Part shown: positions 1-12,636 of the stretch, one piece after another
How the letters are laid out: every line of letters starts with the position of its first letter
How positions within the stretch are numbered: the first letter of the stretch is position 1
Source: Oikopleura dioica
Taxonomy: Eukaryota; Animalia; Chordata
NCBI GenBank assembly: GCA_907165135.1
Contig: OU015567.1
Coordinates: forward strand, 2,790,001-2,854,000
Direction: 5' to 3'
DNA length: 64,000 bases
Notes under the pieces: generated by a model
Told to the model about the DNA's origin: nothing
Seen by the model: only the letters and a program-made list of their open reading frames with translations
Databases searched by the model: none
Position numbers and translations under genes: made by a program

Positions 1-3000
1 AAAACCAATTCACCAGATCAAATTCGCAGCAATCTCGACGCCAATCCCTCCCCATCCAATTCAAGCAATAACCCTCCATTACCAAACAGCGAATACGCAA
101 AAGATTGCGAGGACAGCTCATCACTTGTTGAAGCTTCACTTTCGAAATTGGCACTAGACGAAATTGCAAGTCCCCTTGAGACCAGCACGCGTGAGCTCTC
201 CCAACAAGGTTTGTTATATTTTTGCAGCGACTTAATTATTTATTTCCCTGTTTCTCTTCAATTTGAGTTGGTGTTTCCTTTCTCAACTAACCTAACTTTT
301 TAAATACAGATGATCTTGATAAGAACACTCTCAACACGCCAACTGCGGAGGAATCGGAGTTTCGAAAGCCAGCAGACTTCAGCAATACTTGCAGTACGCT
401 CCGTACTCCCGTCAGTAGCCTACCTTCAGTAAGCAATAACAATTCGCTGAACTCAAGTGCGCTTGGAAGCCCTCATCTTCCGAATCCGCCTCAAATAAAT
501 GCCAGTTCAAAGTTGAATCCAGATAGTTTGCCATTTTGTCCACAGATGCTACCTCCTCATCTTGCCCAGCAACAAGCGCTTTATCAGCAGCAGCTTATAC
601 AGGTAATAAACCCACGTTTTTATTTTCCAGAACTAAAAATTTTATTAGGCTTTACAAATGCAGAACCATTTTCAAGGGCAGTTTCGAGGGCAAGTCCAGG
701 GTTTTCCACAGCGACTTCCGCCTCAGCTTATTGCTCAGATACCCCAACAACATATTCCTCCTCATGCGGCGCGGCCTGGGCCTTCCAACGGACATGAAAT
801 GGGTGGAAATTCAGATCCTCGAGAATCAAGCCATATTCCACCGCCGCCTCTCCGACTTTGGAATAGCCCAAACACTCAAGGTCCCCCTGTTCTTCCTCAT
901 GGATTCCCGAGCGCGCAGCATCCAGACCCCCAATTCCCTCCTCCTCACTCTCGAAACGGACCACAGTCTAACCCAAACTCAAGTAGGCAACAGTTTCAGC
1001 GGCCAATTCCGGACATTCCACCGCCTCTGCCGACCCAAGACCAGCTCGATCAAATGCATCATCAGATGCACAAACGGCCAAACAAGCAACTACATCCGCT
1101 TAATCCACCCCATCATCAAATGCATCCCGATAACCCACCGCACGATCCAAGCAGTCGACTTTTAGTGCAGCGAGAAGAGCGAGACTCTTCCTATCAATCA
1201 AATCACCAGCGCCAAAGCTCAGATGAGGATCATCAAAGAGCCATAGAAAGTAATCAGAAATACGAAGCTCTTTTCAAAGCTCTCGGAGAGGCGAGCCAAA
1301 AGCACAATCAGCAATCAGAAATTGGTCAACATCAACATCAGCCTTCTTCGAAACCAGATCAACAGCTCGCTGACGATTGTCCTTGGCAACGAAGAAGTTC
1401 AAATCAAAGTTCTAGTCAGTCACAGCAAAAACATCAACCTTTTCAAAATCCTCCAGATCAGAAAATGCAGCTCCCACCGCCTCCGATCCAAGAGCGAGTC
1501 ATTCCACAAGTTCCCGGACCTTGCGATCCTGAAGACCTAATCGACGGTGTCCTCTTTTCGTCGAATTATCTCGGATCAACCCAGCTTAAAGTCGATAAGA
1601 ATTCGACGAAAACCGCTAGAATGATGCAAGCGCAAGAGGCAATGACCAGGGTCAAAGGTAATCGACTTCATGAATCAAGAATTTCAAATTATTTTTAGCC
1701 CCTGCAGGAGAAAGCCAGCCAAGTGTAGAAGTAGATCTCTTCGCGTCAACAAGCAAAATCAAGATTTTGAACGCGAAAACTCAAGAAGTAATCATGGAAC
1801 ATCCGTTGAGGAGTATTAGCTACATAGGAAATGGATCAAAAAACGGGCCGACTTCTCAATTTTTCTGCCGATAATTGTGGCCATAAGATCTTTTCATTTT
1901 CGCTCATAAATCTTTTTGTCTGTTAATTGAACCATTCAAAAGCCGATATCGGCGACATACTCGTCCTCATTGCCAAGCGAAAAGATGTGGAAGAAAGCGA
2001 ACTCCATCGCCCTGTATCTGACAGCGGAAAACCTCAGCAGCGTGTTGTCTGTCACGTGTTACAGGTAATCATTTCTCGTTTCTCATTAAGTTTCAATTCA
2101 TTCATCTAGTCTGCCGAGGCCGAGATGATGTCTTCTGCACTTGGACAGTGTTTTCAACTTGCATTTCAACTTTTCCTGCAAATTAATGGCATCCCGCCAC
2201 CGAGCGATACAGAAGCAGTTCAGGAACTAGCGGAAGTTTATCATGATGACTTGGTCCACTATTCAAAGGTAAACAAGGCGAATGAGGCTTCTTCATCAAA
2301 GTCGTTTTCTTAGGCGAGATGTTCGGCCCCAACCTCTTACCCTTATTTAGCCCTTTTTTTCAACCCTTTTTCAGAGAGAAAACGCGAAAGAAATCTGGAT
2401 TGAAAAGAAACGCGGTGAATCTTTAGGCGTTGCTCTCGTCGAATCTGGATGGGGATCAATTCTGCCAACGGTTATTCTAGCAAATATTCAGCACTCATCC
2501 CCGGCGGAACGAAGCGGCAAGCTGAACATTGGTGATCAAATTATGTCCGTGAATGGCACCAGTCTTGTTGGTCTTCCACTCAGTAGTGTTCATCAAGGTA
2601 CACCCTAGGGCTCAAGACTTGAGCGCTATCATCATCTTTTCTAGTGATAAAGGGTGTCAAACCCGAACGCTGCGTGCGATTGAACATGGTCTCCTGTCCT
2701 CCAGTGGTAACAGTCATCATCAAGCGACCAGATTTGCGCCACCAACTCGGTTTTTCTGTTCAAAACGGAATCATTTGCTCGTTAATGCGCGGTGGAATCG
2801 CGGAAAAGGGAGGAGTACGAGTTGGACACAGAATTATTGAAATTAATGGTAAGCATTTAAAGCGCTAGAATTGGGTCCCCTGCAGATCCGTGTTAGTATA
2901 GTGGTGAGTATTCCCGCCTGTCACGCGGGCGACCGGGGTTCGATTCCCCGACACGGAGGATTTTTTTCATTTTTACGAAAAAATCGTTAAATGAAGAATC

Positions 3001-3175
3001 AAATACTGTTAGTTAATTGTGCTCATTTTTATTTTTAGACGAGTCGGTGGTAGCAACGCAACACGACAAAATAGTCCGACTACTCGTCACATCCGTGGGC
3101 GAAATCCACATGAAAACGATGCCCGCCGCCATGTTCCGCCTCCTCACGGGTCAAGATCAACCCGTCTATTTATGA
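1..3175 (+). CDS. APBA: X11/Mint (LIN-10) adaptor, PTB + two PDZ domains; 5' end outside the window
   Basis: Spliced translation gives the PTB motifs [31 protein letters not shown] and [19 protein letters not shown], the PDZ1 motif [18 protein letters not shown], the PDZ2 motif [35 protein letters not shown], and the C-terminus [18 protein letters not shown] (TGA 3173-3175). Introns include 209-310, 602-648, 1659-1698, 1828-1942 (GA-AG), 2598-2644 and 2849-3038. Confidence 0.94.
2887..2958 (+). tRNA. tRNA-Asp (GTC), inside the last APBA intron
   Basis: Acceptor stem TCCGTGT/ACACGGA, D-loop AGTGGTGAGT, anticodon loop CTGTCAC, T-loop GGTTCGATTCC, followed by a T-run (Pol III terminator-like) at about 2961-2968. 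Confidence 0.96.
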
Positions 3176-3429
3176 ATCTTTAAATTTACCTTACCTAGGC
3201 TAAATCTCAAAATAATTATATTTCATTTTCTATCGCTTTTTTCTATTTCGTTTCTCTATCTTTTCGTTCTACTATCTTCAAAAATGTCCAGTTGTCGCAA
3301 TTTCTTCAGTTTCTTGAGTTTCCATTTTTAAAAATTGAAAAAATCTTGTTTGAATTATTTTCTGTACCACCAATAATAATAATCAATAATAAGTTGTTCA
3401 AATGTTCAACCACTTTTTTAAAGAAAGAA

Positions 3430-3886
3430 ATGTCGATTTTACGAGATCTCTTCATTTTTGGTTTCACAGGATACTCCCTCTACACAATTTTAAACTCTAA
3501 ATCCGCACAGAATTGGATTCAAAACTCGCCACACTCTTCTTATTTCCATGGTCAGGGGTCAGAAGTTGATCAAATTCGAGTGATTGCAATGACGGTGTCG
3601 GTTGTTTGGATGGTGATTTTTATGCTTCGAATGATCGCCCATTTAGCTAGAACTGCTTTCAAGCTGCTCTTAGTTCTTTCAATCATCGGTAAGCTAACTA
3701 ATCACTGATTAGTAATCAGGGAGTTCTTGCGTGTTAATCGTCTTAAGTTTACTTCTACATGTTCCAATTCGATTTGGTCGCCTCGTACATCCCTCAAATC
3801 CGCCAGTACGGACCTCCATCATCAATTTCTCAAGCCGTTCAGCCGGCGAAAAAGCTGCTTCGCCACGGCCTTATCGCCCTTGCTGA
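3430..3886 (+). CDS. Putative small membrane protein, unknown family
   Basis: ATG at 3430 opens MSILRDLFIFGFTGYSLY...; a second hydrophobic stretch is IAMTVSVVWMVIFMLRMIAHLA. A GTAAG donor at 3689 with acceptor at 3719 implies a 31-nt intron, so the 3' end is uncertain. Confidence 0.35.
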
Positions 3887-4135
3887 TAGAATTTATGATC
3901 TAGCCAAGCTGTTGCGCTAAACTTTTTCTGCCAATTTCTCCTATGAAAATAAAACTCCTTGAAATTAAGGTTATTTATCGTATCTTCACATGACGTAGCG
4001 CCCTTTTTGTAGAAACAAAATTTCATTTTCTTATTGAATTTTAATGCAATGATATTTTCAAGATGCATCTGATGATTCGACAAATATCGGTGTTCGACGC
4101 CAAAATAGCCATTCAATACGAATATCGGGGAGAGA

Positions 4136-5947
4136 ATGAAGGTGATTTTAATTCAATTATCAAGAGACATGTAATTTAAGCATTTTTTAGCTCTTGCCAA
4201 CCATCGCCGCCGTCGCTAGCGCTTACGAGCAGCCCAAGTACAATGACTTCCTTGATTCTTTGAGCCAAAAGAGTTCTGGCTGGGGTCATCCAACTGATAA
4301 GGTCGCTGCTTTGTTTTCTCTTTGCCCATCTCTGACCGAACCCGATAATGCTTCCGTCGTCTGTGACCAGTCTACCTGTGCCTTGGTCTGTAACGAAGGT
4401 ATTCTTCTCGATTTTTAATGACAATTAATATTTATGAAAAAAAAGCTTATTTTTATAAATAAATTCTGACATCTCTTATCTAGGTTTTGTCGCCACTGGT
4501 CGAAGACGAACCAAATGCCGATTTAACAACGCAAATGGCTTTTTCTGGAAGAGACAGCTCGGCGGTTGTGACACTTGTGCTGACCTTGCTGCCCCACCAG
4601 CTGGTAAAAGATTCTCCCTTTGACGAAACTAACTGTTATCCTAAGGAGTCGAGGTGACCTGCGGCTTCAACTCCAGAGGCAAGAAGAAATGCACGTACAA
4701 GTGTGCCAACGGCGAAGACATCCAGTCTGGTGCAAGCAGCTGGGGAGCCGTTACATCGCTGTGCACCTGTCCACGATGGAATAACCGAGTTTGCGGCTGG
4801 AATACTCGCAAAATGGGCGGAATGATTACTGATGCTGACGTCTCTGGATTTACCTGTCCTGCAGCTCCAACAACTGTGCCACCAACAACAACTCCCGCCC
4901 CTCCAGCTAGCACAACCGCTGCTCCAGGAACCACCGGCGGTCCAGCAACTACCACTCCACCCGCTCCACCTGCAACAACCACTCCACCAGCTCCACCAGC
5001 AACAACGACCGCTGCACCACCCGCACCAACCACGACCGCACCGCCCCCTCCACCCACCACCACTCAGGCTCCACCTGAGTTTGAGCCACTAACCAACAAC
5101 ATCCCAAGCTCGCTCACAACTTGCACTGTTGGCGCCCGAACCGCCATCGACAAGATTGTCAACGGCGTCGACGCAACCCAGACTCACTGGCCGTGGATCG
5201 CCCGCCTCTTCCTCAAGGAATCTGTGGGTGCTGGCTCCGGTTTCCAGTGTGGTGGAGCGATCATCAACGAGAACTGGATCATCTCTGCGGCTCATTGCTG
5301 TGAAGGCATTGTTGAGATTGATGCGACATTGAATGATGCCGCTCAAAATACATTTGAATCTGGCGAGTTTACTGTCACTACCACTAGCATTTTCAACCAC
5401 CCTGGATATGGTGATACTGCTGATGGAAGCGGAAGCAACATGGACATCTGCTTGATGAAATTCAACGACAATCTTGTCACTGGCAGAACTGGCACTGCTC
5501 CTGTTTGTCTTTCTACTTCCTATCCTGATCGTAAGTTTATCAAATTGTACTGAAAAATAACCACTTCTTCGAGATGGAAAGGCTTGCTGGGTCGCCGGAT
5601 GGGGAACAACATCTGAGGGTGGAAACACAGCCAATCTTCTCCAGAGCGTTGGAGTCAACATTCTCGGCCAGGACTACTGCAATGCCAACACGAACAACAG
5701 TCCTCTCCTCCCCGACGACATTTGCGCCGGATTGCCAGATGTTGATGGCAATGGACTAACAGATGCCGGAATCGACTCCTGCCAGGGTGATTCTGGTGGA
5801 CCACTCGTCTGCGATGTCAACGGTGCTGCCACTCTTGTCGGTGTTGTTTCACGAGGTGTTGGTTGCGCACGAGAAGGATTCCCAGGCATTTACACTGCTA
5901 TTCATACTGATACCTGGGTCGCTGATACTATTGCTGCAAACCCTTGA
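4136..5947 (+). CDS. Secreted trypsin-family (S1) serine protease with Cys-rich N-terminal region and Pro/Thr linker, copy 1
   Basis: Exon 1 ATG AAG (4136-4141) splices to [11 protein letters not shown] (signal-like). Activation site DKIVNG; triad motifs SAAHC, DICL and [10 protein letters not shown] (Asp at the S1 pocket). Confidence 0.92.
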
Positions 5948-6659
5948 ACATCTCAATTCATATGAATAAAAAATACAATTCCAGATCTAAATGTTCAAAT
6001 TTTCTTTGATATTATTGACAATAAATAAGCGCTTTAAATGCTTGCTCAGGAACTTTCATTAATTGTTGTTTCTTCATTCTTTTTAAAAGAAAAAAGGTCG
6101 ATTTGGTCACGGCCGACATATATTAATACCTTCGAAATTTTTTATTTCATATGAGATGAAGATCTCAACTAAAAGAACAAATAACCGGTGAGGCTGTGTA
6201 GAGGTTGAGAGACCGCGGTTTTTAATCGCCGTCATAGGCTCAATTCCAAGAATTTTCAGGTACTTTTTAATTTTCAATTCTTGATCTTGATCGGACAACT
6301 CGTTTGAGAGAAGCCCTGAATATGCCTGATGGCAAGTTTATAACTCTCTCTTACGATCTTATTTACCCGATGTGAACGGGCCGAAAATGTAAGAAATAGT
6401 AAAAACAGGCTTTCATTCGAGATTGATAAGAAATAGAAAGTATTAAGAAGCATACCCAACAGGACTCGTCTCATTGCATTAAATCCGTCTAGGTATGGTC
6501 ACGGTTTCCAAATCATAATCAACGTGTCTAATTCAATTAAATTCATTTCATATCATTTGATATTTCTTTGACTTTTAATGGATAATTTGGAACTCTATTT
6601 ATATCGCATCGTCTCGATAATAATGGTCATTCCGAATATCGGAAAGAGAAGTCTAGACC

Positions 6660-8356
6660 ATGAAGGTTCGTTTTTGATGCTTTATCTGATTTTTAAGCAA
6701 TTTTCAGGTCTCACTTGCCGTTATTTCTACCATCTCAAGCGCATACGAACAGCCCAAGTATACTGATTTTCTTCGGGCTGTGAGCCAGAAGAAATCAGGA
6801 TGGGGTCATCCAACTGACAGAATTGCTGCTTTACACACACTTTGCCCGGCTTTGACCACACCCGAAAATGCTTCTATCGTCTGTGACCAGTCTACTTGCG
6901 CCTTGATTTGTAACGAAGGTAGGCTTTATGTAAAAATTAAAAAGGTATTCATTCCTTTCCAAGACTTCGTTGCCACAGGTCGAAGACGAACCAAATGCAG
7001 ATTCAACAACGCAAATGGCTTTTTCTGGAAGAGACAGCTCGGCGCATGTGAAACTTGTGCTGATCTTGGTGCTCCTCCTGCTGGTATGTAAAAGTCTCAT
7101 CGCGAATCATTTGCACTGACCATTTTTAGGAGTCGATATGACTTGCGGTTTCAACTTCATGGGAAAGAAAAAGTGCACTTACAAGTGTGCCAACGGCGAG
7201 GATATCCAGTCAGGAGCAAACAGCTGGGGACAAGTAACGACTCTTTGCGCTTGTCCACGATGGAATAACCGAGTTTGCGGCTGGAATGCTCGCAAAATGG
7301 GCGGAATGATCACTGATGCTGAAGTATCTGGATTTACTTGTCCTGCTGCTCCAACAACTGTGCCACCAACAACAACTCCTGCTCCGCCAGCTAGCACAAC
7401 CGCTGCTCCAGGAACAACCGGCGGCCCTGCAAGCACCACTGGACCAGCAAGTACCACTGGCCCTGCTCCCGAATTCGAGCCACTTACTAACAACATCCCA
7501 AGTTCGCTCACAACATGTACAGTTGGCTCAAGAACCACTCTCGAAAAGATCGTCAATGGTGTTGACGCTAATCAAGCTCACTGGCCTTGGATCGCACGAC
7601 TTTTCTTCAAAGAAAACGTTGGAGACATGAGCGGTTTCGCTTGTGGTGGTGCAATCATCAACGAGAATTGGATCATTACTGCCGCTCATTGTTGCGAAGA
7701 CAATAACGGTGGTCTTCTCGCCGAGGTCGACGCTACTCTTAATGATGCGGCGAAGGATACTATTGAAGCTGGCGAGTTTCAAGTCACTTCTACTACTATG
7801 TTCAATCACCCTGGATATGGTGATACTGCTGATGGAAGTGGAAGCAACATGGACATCTGCTTGATTAAATTCAATGACAACCTGGTCACTGGCCGAACTG
7901 GAACTGCTCCGGTTTGTCTGTCGACCGCCTACCCAGATCGTTAGTCTTTCTGCGTTCTACTCTTGTAAATTTATATTTTAAGACGGAAAGGCCTGCTGGG
8001 TTGCTGGATGGGGAGCCTTATCTTCAGGTGGCAGTTCACCTAATCTTCTCCAGAGTGTTGGTGTCAACATTCTCGGCCAGGAATATTGCTCTGCCAACAG
8101 CAACAACGGAGCTCTTCTCCCTGATGATATTTGCGCTGGATTACCCGACTTGGACGGCAATGGACTGACAGATCCTGGAGTAGACTCCTGCCAGGGCGAT
8201 TCTGGTGGACCGCTTGTTTGTAATGTCAATGGAGCTGCTACTCTTGTCGGTGTCGTCTCACGAGGTGTTGGTTGCGCTGATGAAGGACACCCAGGAATTT
8301 ACACCGCTATTCATACTGACACCTGGGTCGCTGATACTATTGCTGCAAACCCTTGA
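6660..8356 (+). CDS. Secreted trypsin-family serine protease, tandem paralogue, copy 2
   Basis: Same exon layout as copy 1 (ATG AAG at 6660, intron 6666-6707). Motifs EKIVNG, TAAHC, DICL and GDSGGP; same C-terminus [10 protein letters not shown]. Confidence 0.92.
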
Positions 8357-8617
8357 ACGTCTGAATCCATATGTCATATTCTTTGAATAAAAATTTGCCA
8401 GATTCCTTTGCCAGGCTGGAGCATCAAGGGGATGAAGATCATGTTCGATGAAGGCTCCATCATGAATGGTTTTTCAGATATTAGTTAAAAAAAGAGAACT
8501 TGTTATTCAGAATGAATTTCTATTTATTCTGCTTACGTATGAATTTTTAATCAATCATGTTTGCTCGAGCTTGTCTAAAAGACTTTTGATCAAGCAGAAA
8601 TCGGGTAGTTTTTAAAT

Positions 8618-9690
8618 TTACGCAGAATGTTGTTGAGGAATGAGCTCAAGCGGAAGTGGGAAAATAATAGTCGAGTTCTTTTCAGCTGCGATAGAGTTGA
8701 GTGTTTGGAGATATCGAAGCTGAAGCGCGGATGGCGACTCGCTGATAATTTGAGCAGCTTCGCGTAAATTCTTAGATGCATTCATTTCCCCCTCAGCAGC
8801 GATTATCTTAAACACTTTAAAGAACATGAACTCAAGTTAGTAAGAGTACCTTAGCTTTAGCTTCACGGGCTGCTTCTGCTTCGGCGGCCATGGCTCGCTG
8901 GAGTGATTGTGGGAGGACGACGTTTTTCACCTAAAAAGAGATTGATTTTGAATTTTATACTGAATCTATACCTCAACACGCTCGACGGAAATTCCCCATG
9001 GATCTGTAGCGTCGTCCAAGATCTGTTGCATTTCATTTGCGATCTCCTCTCTATTTACAAATAACGTCACTCATTTTGCCGATTGAGGAAGATCATGAGT
9101 CTGCCTGGCGGTTAACTCTCTATATCTTTACCTTTCTGTAAGTAGCTGTGTAAGAGTTCTAGTGCCAAGAATGTTTCTCAAAGTTGTCTGGGCCAAAAGT
9201 CGTGTTGACGAGCTAGCATTTTCAACATTTGTTACAGATGCGATTGGCTGAGCGACTTTGTAATAGACAACTGCGTCGACAGAAACTGTGACATTGTCGC
9301 TCGTGAGGATTTCTTGTGGGGGAATGTCGAAAGAAATGGTTCGGATGTCGACAGTTTTGACGTCATCGCAGAACGCGTTGATAAAGAAGAGACCTGGGCC
9401 GACGGCCTTGCCTTCTTTGATCCGACCTAGACGGAAGATAACGGCGCGTTCGAACTCCGAAATAACGCGGATTCCGCCGAACAAAAAGATCGGAAAAATA
9501 CAGATGCTCACGAGCCATCCTAGGAAAATGAGAAAGTTCGAGCAGCAGTCGAAATCGGGAGCATTTTGCGAATAAGAGTTGTCTTGAACATCCTTGGGGA
9601 TTTCAACTATTTCCCCGTCAGCTTCTGAAGATTCTGAAATTGTTTCGACCTTTTAGATAAAAAAAAATATATACCCTTTTTCTCTGACAT
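8618..9690 (-). CDS. STOM: Stomatin / band-7 (SPFH) family protein
   Basis: Exons translate to [74 protein letters not shown] and [11 protein letters not shown]...[10 protein letters not shown]. The start codon is uncertain. Confidence 0.9.
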
Positions 9691-9940
9691 TTCAAAATTG
9701 AATTTGAAAAGATCAAATGAAACGCATCCCTTGCAAAGTCCATTTCCGGTCTGAATGAATAATCGAAAAAAGGGAGGACTAAATGCGTGGACGATGTTAT
9801 GCGAGCAGAATCGTCAGATAAAAACAGAATTTAACTGTATTTTGTAAAAGAATAGCATATTTGATATCACACTGTTGGGAAGATGACACATGCTCGTGGA
9901 ATACAGCACTTTCAAATTTCAAAACGTCGACCACACCAAA

Positions 9941-10532
9941 ATGAAAGTGTTCCTCGCGTGTCTTATTGCTTTTTCCGCGGCTCAGGCCCCCACCAAAGAG
10001 CAAGCCTGCCAGGACTGCAAGGTAAGCCTTGATTGCAAATTTTACCAAACAGAACATTTAGGCCTTCAACAATCTGATCAAAGATGAAGCCGAAGGCCCT
10101 AACAACAACATCGTCAAAGCGTTCCTCAACCAGATCAACATTGCCTGCAACAACACCTCTTCCCAGCCACCGCTTTGCCAGATCTCCCTCGATCAAGGAT
10201 TCATGAACTTTTGGAACGGAGCCGCTCAGGCCGACCCTGAAGCCTGGTGCGAGTCTTATACGCTTTGCGACTCCAACTCCCCAAGCCTCTTTGCTTTCGA
10301 TCATTGCGGCACTTGCACGACCTTCACTGATGATTTGTCCAAGATCGCCAAGTACGATTCTGACTGGTGGAACGCCATCTGGAGCCAGTTCACCGACGAC
10401 TTCTGCACCAACATTCCTTATTTTGAGGTCAAATACTGCAGAAAAGAAATGGCTGCTTTCAACCCAATGGCTCAGAGCCACTTGGTCGACATTGATGCCA
10501 CTTTGGCCTGTGCTGCAGTCACTATTTGCTAA
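9941..10532 (+). CDS. Secreted protein with two saposin-B-like domains
   Basis: Signal peptide MKVFLACLIAFSAAQA; intron 10022-10061. Two six-Cys sets (CQDC..C..C..C..C and CGTC..C..C..C..C) with saposin-like spacing. Confidence 0.72.
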
Positions 10533-10732
10533 TTTCATTGCTCTTTTAAAATTAGTTAATCCTTTTCTTTCCATATATTTGTGCTCGTAGTTTTTGTGTT
10601 CAGACTGTTCAATTTTCGATTTTAATAAAGAATTATTAGGGACCTCTTTTCTGATCATTTTTTTGTTTAGAAATGCGCCAAAAGTAGAGGACTCTGGAAA
10701 GCTCTAGAAAGCTTTAAAAGGCGCTTGAAAGG

Positions 10733-11844
10733 ATGACAACTCAGGGACAAATCCTCGTTTACGGAGGGCGGAAGGTAGAAATCTCCATTTGTACGAAATT
10801 CTTTCTCTTCGGCTTCAACACTTTATTTTGGGTACTTTTGAAAGGATGAGTTCATTTTCATAGGAAAATTTAAGCTTATTGGAATTGCCTTGATAGCAAT
10901 TGGTGTTTGGGCATGGACAGAAAAAGGGTTCTTCGACAATATCAGTCAAGTCTCTGATATTCCCTTTGACCCAGTTGTGCTCATCATTTCGATTGGAATG
11001 GTGATGTTCATCCTTTCTTTTGCCGGTTGTGTTGGATCGCTGAGGGAGAATATTTGCCTCTTGAAATTCGTAAGTCCATCCCCGAAAAACTTTTTTCTAC
11101 TATAAATCTAGTTCTCGACAATCTTGGGGATCATTTTCTTCAGCGAGCTGGTGTGTACTATTCTGACCTTCCTCTACAAAGATTGGTTCAATCAGAAGTT
11201 TAACGACTTCATCGATACGACAATCACAAAATACCGCGACGATCCCGATCTACAAAATATTATCGACTTCGGCCAGCAAAAAGTAAAACTGCGGTTTCCA
11301 GCGGTTAATCACAGCCCACGCGCAAATTCCTCTGCGTGACGTCTATTTTTTCTTGTAGCTCGAATGCTGTGGGGGCGTGCAAGGACCACAAGACTGGGAG
11401 AGCAATATTTATTTCAACTGCTCGAGTTCTATTGAGTTGAATGGGATAGCGTACCGGCCGGTCGAGTCTTGTGGTGTGCCGTTTTCTTGCTGCGCTCATG
11501 GAGATGTCAATTTTGATGGGATCGCGAATACTCAATGTGGATACGGAGTTCGCACCAAAAAGGTACAATCTCTTGAAAATTTTACGATCCCCCTATTGAA
11601 AAATCTAGGAATCTGATTGGAGCGAAGATATTTGGACCGACGGATGCATTGAAAAATTCGAACAGTTCTTGAGACAAGAAACTATCTTTGTTTCTGGAAT
11701 ATTTATTGGTGTTGCTTTGCTGCAGGTACAAAAAGCCCGTTCGAACAGGCATAACGCAACTATACCTTTCAGATCGTGCCAATTTGCTTTGCGCAGAACA
11801 TGATATCCGATATTGAGGCAATCAAGGCGACCTGGGTACGATGA
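10733..11844 (+). CDS. Tetraspanin of the TspanC8 (TSPAN5/14/17-like) group
   Basis: KFFLFGFNTLFW|LIGIALIAIGVWAWTEKG, AGCVGSLRENICLLKF, KYRDDPDLQNIIDFGQ, CCGG, NIYFNCS, SCGVPFSCC, TQCGY and GCIE; eight Cys in the large extracellular loop. Confidence 0.9.
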
Positions 11845-12142
11845 AATGACCTAAAAAGCTTCCGTGAATCTTCACCAAAAAAGAAAAAAAAATGCTTATT
11901 CTTTCAAACTTTCTGTTCAACTCCTTCTGTTCCGACTCGTTAGAGCTTGATTTCTTGTTCTTCCAAATTATTTCATTATTCCGAAATAAAACTTCTTCAA
12001 AAATGATCCTGATGTAATTCAATGAAGATAAACTCCTTTGGCGATTACGAATTGAACTCGTCCTTGCTAGGTCCACTCTTTGAAAAAGTTTTCGCGAAAA
12101 ACCGCATCAATAAATTCTGTAAATTCTATCCGAATATGACAG

Positions 12143-12150
12143 TATAAAAG
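12143..12150 (+). promoter_or_regulatory. TATA box upstream of the MACNG mini-exon
   Basis: TATAAAAG about 58 nt upstream of ATG 12201. Confidence 0.4.
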
Positions 12151-12200
12151 GAGCATCAACGCGTTTCTTTAAATTAGACAGAAGTTAGCAAAAAAGAACG

Positions 12201-12320
12201 ATGGCCTGTAAGTTGGATTTTAGTCCCTCTAAAACCTGATTATTTTTAGGCAATGGAGGGCCGAAAGGTGATAAGAAGGACGAGAGAAAAGTAGATTATA
12301 ATAACAATTATATTAAATAA
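12201..12320 (+). CDS. Two-exon 25-aa ORF (MACNGGPKGDKKDERKVDYNNNYIK) or alternative first exons of the next gene
   Basis: ATGGCCT|GTAAG, 42-nt intron 12208-12249 ending TTTTTAG, then an open frame to TAA at 12318-12320. Confidence 0.45.
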
Positions 12321-12636
12321 CGAAAACGGTGCTTCCGCGACAAAGAAAAATTTCCACAAAAACGAAATGAAGACTTTAACCTCTCACTTACGTTTTTTTC
12401 CAAAACTTAAGACGATTACTGTACACTGTATTTTACTGTATGAAATTCTATTTGAAAAAATGACGACTCCGAAAATGGAGAGCAATAAACTAAACCTTTA
12501 AGTGTTTATAATGTTTTCTCGAGTTTATCAGTCGTTTCTTAGCTTAAAATCTATATATGAAGGCTTCGATTTTGCGTAAAAAACTAGATTTAAAAAGGTG
12601 GTCATTTAGATTGTTAGCGGAGTGAGGGGCTAAAGA

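Noticed and set aside
6107-6474. Minus-strand ORFs between the two protease genes
   Set aside because: Short, no motif and no consistent splice model; could be chance or a decayed fragment.
9650-9675. Apparent 26-nt first intron with a GG donor in stomatin
   Set aside because: Shorter than any other intron here; more likely a wrong start choice or homopolymer error, so not counted among the non-canonical introns.
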